In this document: piece after piece, positions 59,341 through 64,000 of the stretch
Layout: each line of letters opens with the position of its first letter
Position numbering within the stretch: position 1 is the stretch's first letter
NCBI RefSeq assembly: GCF_018350175.1
Contig: NC_058368.1
Location: 136,464,001 to 136,528,000, forward strand
DNA from: Felis catus
Lineage: Eukaryota
Length of the DNA: 64,000 nucleotides
Direction of reading: 5' to 3'
Program-made: the position numbers and the translations under genes
The notes under the pieces: generated by a model
Database searches by the model: none
Seen by the model: only the letters and a program-made list of their open reading frames with translations
Told to the model about the DNA's origin: nothing

Positions 59341-61752
59341 GTCAGCTCTTCTGTCGGAAGGAGTGTCTAGGAGGGCAGAGTCTTGTTTTATTCATCTCCT
59401 TATCCTCCCTTCTGGGAAGTGCTATGTCTCAGTGAGTCTTGTTAGAAGGAAGGCATGCATGAACAACAAGACCACTAGCGTGGTCACTAGAGGTAACACA
59501 CTCTTTTTGTCTCGGCTCCCGGAGTGTCCTGTATGGTGGGTGTTCCCTGTCCCACATCTCTGGCCTCCCTCCTCTGAACTGTTAGACGGCTGGTGGTCAG
59601 AACTTACTGCAAGTCCCTCTGTCACACTCTTGACATGTGTGCCAGTCAGGAGGGAAGAATTCTTGTCCTGCCACTCCCTGGGTCCCTCAGAAAGCCCAGC
59701 AAGATCATCTCAGACGACCATATGCTCTGTAGCACACGCTCGTAACCCTGAAGGTGTCCAATCACGGGGGGACACAGAGCCAGAAAGAGAAGGCTTCAGT
59801 TGGGTGCTTCCTGCAGAGACTAATGGCTGAGAGTTAGTTAGGGAGCCGAGCTGAGGGTCTGCAAAGCTGGCTCTTAGAAGCTAAAGGCCGGACGTTTCAG
59901 TCTCTGCAAACCAGACTGTTTCATTTCTTGTACTCTCTATTTTTCCTTCCATTACTCATTCCCTCCGTTCGGTAAAGACCACACCTTTCCAAAATGTGGC
60001 ACACGCTCTTGATGTACAGAAATAAGATGTTGCCCTTTTCACAAACAGGGAGGAGAAAAGACAAAACAGGTTGCATTAAAGTAGATGTTCTTATCAACCG
60101 TTGTCCTTTTTTTTCTTTCCTACCATAGAGACCATCTCGTTTAGCCCTGTGTGTTTTACAGACAAGGAAATTGAGGTCCAAAAAGGGTAAAAAAACAAAC
60201 AAAAATGCCCCCAGAACTCTCACCCAGATGAGCACGCTTTGAAAGCGGTACAGGCAAGCTCCCATCTCAGTTCGGACGCCGCTGAGGTCAGCCAGCTCCA
60301 ACCACCAGAGCCAATACCGTGTGGGAAGCGCAGGCAGGAAGGCAAAGTGGCATAACTTGATTTCTACATCTGGGTAAAAATAATCCCTCCATGTGCAGAC
60401 ACCTAGGAGATCACAGGCTTTAGAGTAAAAATAAAACTTGCCTTCTGACAGTACAAATCTTGTCAGACTAATCTAATTTCTCCTTGCCCTGGGAGCTGGG
60501 CTTGGTTGGTTAGGGGGGAACAGACTGCTGGGGTGGGGGGTTCTGCACCGGGCAGGGCCTCTCCTCGGGTGGAGACCTCTTGTCATCTCCGGCCTGGGTA
60601 TCTCTGGAACCTGCTGCCAGGTTGGAGGGAGCTTCCGCCAGCCTTTGCCATCCTAGGAGCGGGGTTCTGTGCAAGGGGGATATGGCCACAGGGAAATGAG
60701 GGTAGAGCGTATCAAGAAGTTGTGTCTGAACAAAGGGTTTCAGGTGCTTTGACTGGCTTTTGTTTAATGCCAGGTATTTCCCACATCATTTCAGCCCTCT
60801 CCTTTGAGGTAGGATCAGTCAATCCCTCACATAGTCTCAAAACCCTCAAGCTGGTGTCTCAGCTGGTGACAGGGACAGACTGCAGAGGGTTTTGCAACAA
60901 AATGGTCTGCCCAGGAGCTCCAAGTTGGCAACAGTTGACCCTGCAGTCGGGTTCCGAGGGGAGGGAATGTTCTGACCCATTTTTTGTTTCACCAAGGGCA
61001 GAAAGCAAGAGCCCCGGTGACATCTACTTTCCATCATCTTTTACCTTATTTGGATGCAAATGGACAAGGTTTCCCCTCATGTTTCATTTTAAATGCGTGG
61101 GTGTGTGGGTTGTATCAAAAGAGCAAGCTCTCCTGATTTCTAAGCAAAGGGATCATTAACAACAGATCTTCCCAGAGTATGTGTGTGTTGGGTTAGATAA
61201 GCCGCCCAGCTCTGGGGAGGGCTTCCGAGAGTCCTGGGCAGAGTGTGCTGCTTCAGTCTGCTTTCCAGGAGGAGGAAAGAATCCTCTACTCCGGTGTCCT
61301 AGGACCTGAAGCCCAGATAGGGCATGTCTGGCAGGTGCCCCTCCTGGGTGGGACTGACACACTGCACGTGCTGTATGAATGCTTACTGTGCCATGCGCAG
61401 CCAAGGGAGACCAATCGAGGAAGTGAAAGTTGAGGAATCTGCTATAGGTCTTCTCAGGGTATCCCTGGTAAAGCGAGGGGCAGCTTTTAATTTTTCCTTC
61501 CTCTTTCCGTCTCCTTTACCCCTCTGCCTCCTTTACCATATTTGCACCCTAACATAACACACCTGCCCTAAGTCATGGTCTTGTCCCTTTGGACCTCGTT
61601 ATTACCAACAGTGTCCTTGCTGGCCTTCCTACCGAAGTTGGGCTGTCTGCTCTCTCGCTAATGTTCTAAAACAGGACTTCTGTTCCAGGAGGTCACGTTG
61701 CCTGGCCTAAGTGCTGGCCTGGCATCCCATGGCCATCGTTGATCCCAGAGTC

Positions 61753-62146
61753 TTTTTATTTTTTTCCATTTTATTTATTTTTTTATTGTCAAGTTAGCTA
61801 ACATACAGTGTCGTCTTGGCTTCAGGAGTAGATTCCCAAGAGTCATCGCTTACATACAACACCCAGTGCTCATCCCAACAAGTGCCCTTCTCAATGCCCC
61901 TCACCCATTTCCCCCACTGCCCCAACCCTCCACCCCCATCAACCCTCACTTTGTTCTCTGTATTTAAGAGACTCTTAAGGTTTGCCTCCCTGTTTGTAAC
62001 TTATTTTTCCTTCTCTTCCGCTACGGTCTTCTGTTAGGTTTCTCAAATTCCACAGATGAGTGACATCATAGGATACCTGTCTTTCTCTGACTGACTTATT
62101 TCACTTAGCAGAAGACCCTCCAGTTCCATCCGGGTTGTTGCAAATG
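61753..62146 (-). mobile_element. 5'-truncated carnivore L1 3' end
   Basis: Poly-T, AAGTTAGCTAACATACAGTG, FATTRMELEGLLLSEISQSEKD; loose TSD GA(T/G)CCCAGA. Confidence 0.88.
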
Positions 62147-62494
62147 AGCCCAGACCCTTCGGCACGGCATTCTTTTGCTTCCAATGTCTGGCCCGGACCC
62201 CGCCGATCTGGGCATTTTTTATCCCCCCCCCCCCAGCCTGTGCCCTTCTTCGATCAGGTGGGCCTGCTGGTTCCTCTTGGGGGCAGGGCCACTCCCACCT
62301 TTGCTCCTGCTGTCCCTTCACCTAGGATGTCCTTTCTTCTTCTTCCCACTTAACTAACAATCTTACTCTGGCCTTCAGGCCCAGGTGCTACTCTTGTTGG
62401 AAAGTTTGCCAAATAGTCTAGCCCACACTAGTGAGGGCGGTACTGGTGGGGATGGGGGTGGAGACGGGGGTGACAGATCGTTAAGGACTGACTG

Positions 62495-62700
62495 TGTCAG
62501 CCAGTATAGCGTTCTGGGTAAGATTGCTTCTAGTCAGTCTATCTGGATACACATTCTGGTTCTGTCGCCTATTAGCTGCTGACCTTGGGTAAATTATAGC
62601 TTAGTGACTTGGTTTCCCACTTACATATTGGGGATAATAGTACCTTCCTCACAGTTAATCTATGTAACTGTACATGGTATATAATAAACATCATCAGAAT
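62495..62700 (+). mobile_element. MIR SINE
   Basis: TAGCTGCTGACCTTGGGTAAATT and GGATAATAGTACCT. Confidence 0.65.
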
Positions 62701-62704
62701 GTTA

Positions 62705-62885
62705 TCCCTATATAGTAATTCATGTATTTTATCTGTAATCTTTCAAACAGTCCATGAAGATGAGTGTTCTTCTTCCCATTTTGCAGATAAGGAACGTGAG
62801 GCTCAGAAAGATTAAGGAACTGTTCAGTGTCACTCAGCTCCTATGTCGTGCGACTGGAATTTCGACTCTGGTCTGCCTAGCCCTA
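62705..62885 (-). mobile_element. MIR SINE
   Basis: CCCATTTTGCAGATAAGGAACGTGAGGCTCAGAAAGATTAAG. Confidence 0.75.
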
Positions 62886-63088
62886 CTGACCAATACCTAT
62901 CTTTAATTTCTACAGCACTTAAGGCTGTTGCCCTCAAGTTTAATGTTTGAACATCCCCAAATCCTTCTCCGCGTGCGTGCTTGTTTATCTCCTAAGCCAC
63001 TTGAGGGCAAGATTATTTCCTACACATTGTATAGCTGGACAATGATTGGTGGAAAGGTATCTGTGAACAAAGGACACAAATGATGAAC

Positions 63089-63525
63089 TGTAGCAGACAG
63101 CTGTGCACAGCTACAGACCCCGCAGGATTCTCTCATTGGAAGGGCCTCGTCCTCTGCCTTCCTTCTGGTCCCCGTGGAGCCGTCCAACACTCAGTGAGTG
63201 TCCCCAGCCAGGGAGAGGATTCTGTCAGGGCCTCTGAGACATCCTTGCTGTCAGGGTCCTGGAGTTGCCCCGGGGCTGGCAAAGGTCACAGCTCCTGTCC
63301 AGGCCACCTGTTCCACATAGCTCTTTCCTTCTGGGTCAGCTAAGTGCTCCTTCTCCTCAGCCACATGAGTGTAGGGATGAAACAGCTCTGCAGCTACCAG
63401 CCTGGGGTACTGCACTGCCCCTGTGGTCTCCCTACCCCTGCCCACACCTTTGTAAATCATTCCTTTGTGATACCCTCCTCGAGTTAGCCTAATCTGACTG
63501 TTCCCTCGTGTCCTTATGGGGCCTA
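63089..63525 (+). mobile_element. ERVL-type LTR (LTR16/LTR40 group, subfamily uncertain)
   Basis: AAGGTCACAGCTCCTGTC and CCCTGCCCACACCTTTGTAAAT motifs. Confidence 0.6.
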
Positions 63526-63559
63526 AGTCCTTCAGGCCTCACAAACCTCCTCCTTCCCT

Positions 63560-63732
63560 CGAAACGTTCATTTATGTTCATGGGCCAGGGCTGGGTCACA
63601 TGGTCACCTCCAGCTGCAAGGGAGGCGGGGAAAGCAGGAGGCCGGGAATCCTTGCTTCAAAGTTCCCTCGAGACCTCTATAAGGGAAGACAGCAAAGAGG
63701 AAGAATGTTGGGAACCAAAATATCTGCCACCA
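63560..63732 (-). mobile_element. old MLT1 fragment
   Basis: GGGTCACATGGTCACCTCCAGCTGCAAGGGAGG and terminal TCTGCCAC. Confidence 0.6.
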
Positions 63733-64000
63733 ACAATTAAGATGCGGAAAGAACTTTAAAAGCAAACAAAGACATCCAGGCCCAAGACAGTCTCCCGAGG
63801 GCCAGCTGCCTTGGCTCAGTGCTGCCCTCTTACGATTGGGAGGCCTGGAAAATCTGGTCGGGTCAGAATTTAAAGTTCACCTGCTCTGAGCCCATCCACG
63901 TTATTGAAGCCCACTTGTGACAGTCCTGCTATGTGGCCGTGCAAACTCAATTTGAAACTTAGAGGGACAGGAAGCTCACTACTCCAGAGCTGGACTTGTT

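Noticed and set aside
60506..61159. 217-aa ORF in non-repeat DNA
   Set aside because: Starts at TTG, no recognisable domain and no convincing flanking splice pair; compatible with chance in GC-richer DNA
1..64000. CRISPR array, operon-like system, intact retrovirus or CpG-island promoter
   Set aside because: Mammalian repeat landscape; no regularly spaced repeats, no gag/pol/env ORFs and no extended CpG-dense region

Overview
Mammalian nuclear DNA, almost certainly from a felid (cat-like). I count about 32 tRNA-derived CAN-SINEs, several of the young SINEC_Fc type with intact CpGs and clean target-site duplications (TSDs). The window is repeat-rich intronic or intergenic sequence: nested L1 fragments of several ages, L2, many MIRs, a long CR1/L3 relic, MaLR/ERVL LTRs (MLT1, MLT2, LTR33-like), hAT DNA transposons (MER20, MER3/33-like, MER5-like) and microsatellites. 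I recognise no protein-coding gene, RNA gene or CpG island. The longer ORFs in the track are repeat-derived or look like chance. I see no supportable new biological system. The best second-look items are: a tandem SINE dimer inside one TSD with shared diagnostic mutations; a 5'-inverted (twin-primed) L1; an internally inverted MLT2; an old local MLT1 duplication; a templated-insertion scar; several repeat-free motif clusters that look like enhancers; and a speculative chain of small plus-strand exons that joins in frame. Repeat subfamily names come from my recollection of consensus sequences, not from a search. Boundaries of old elements are approximate.
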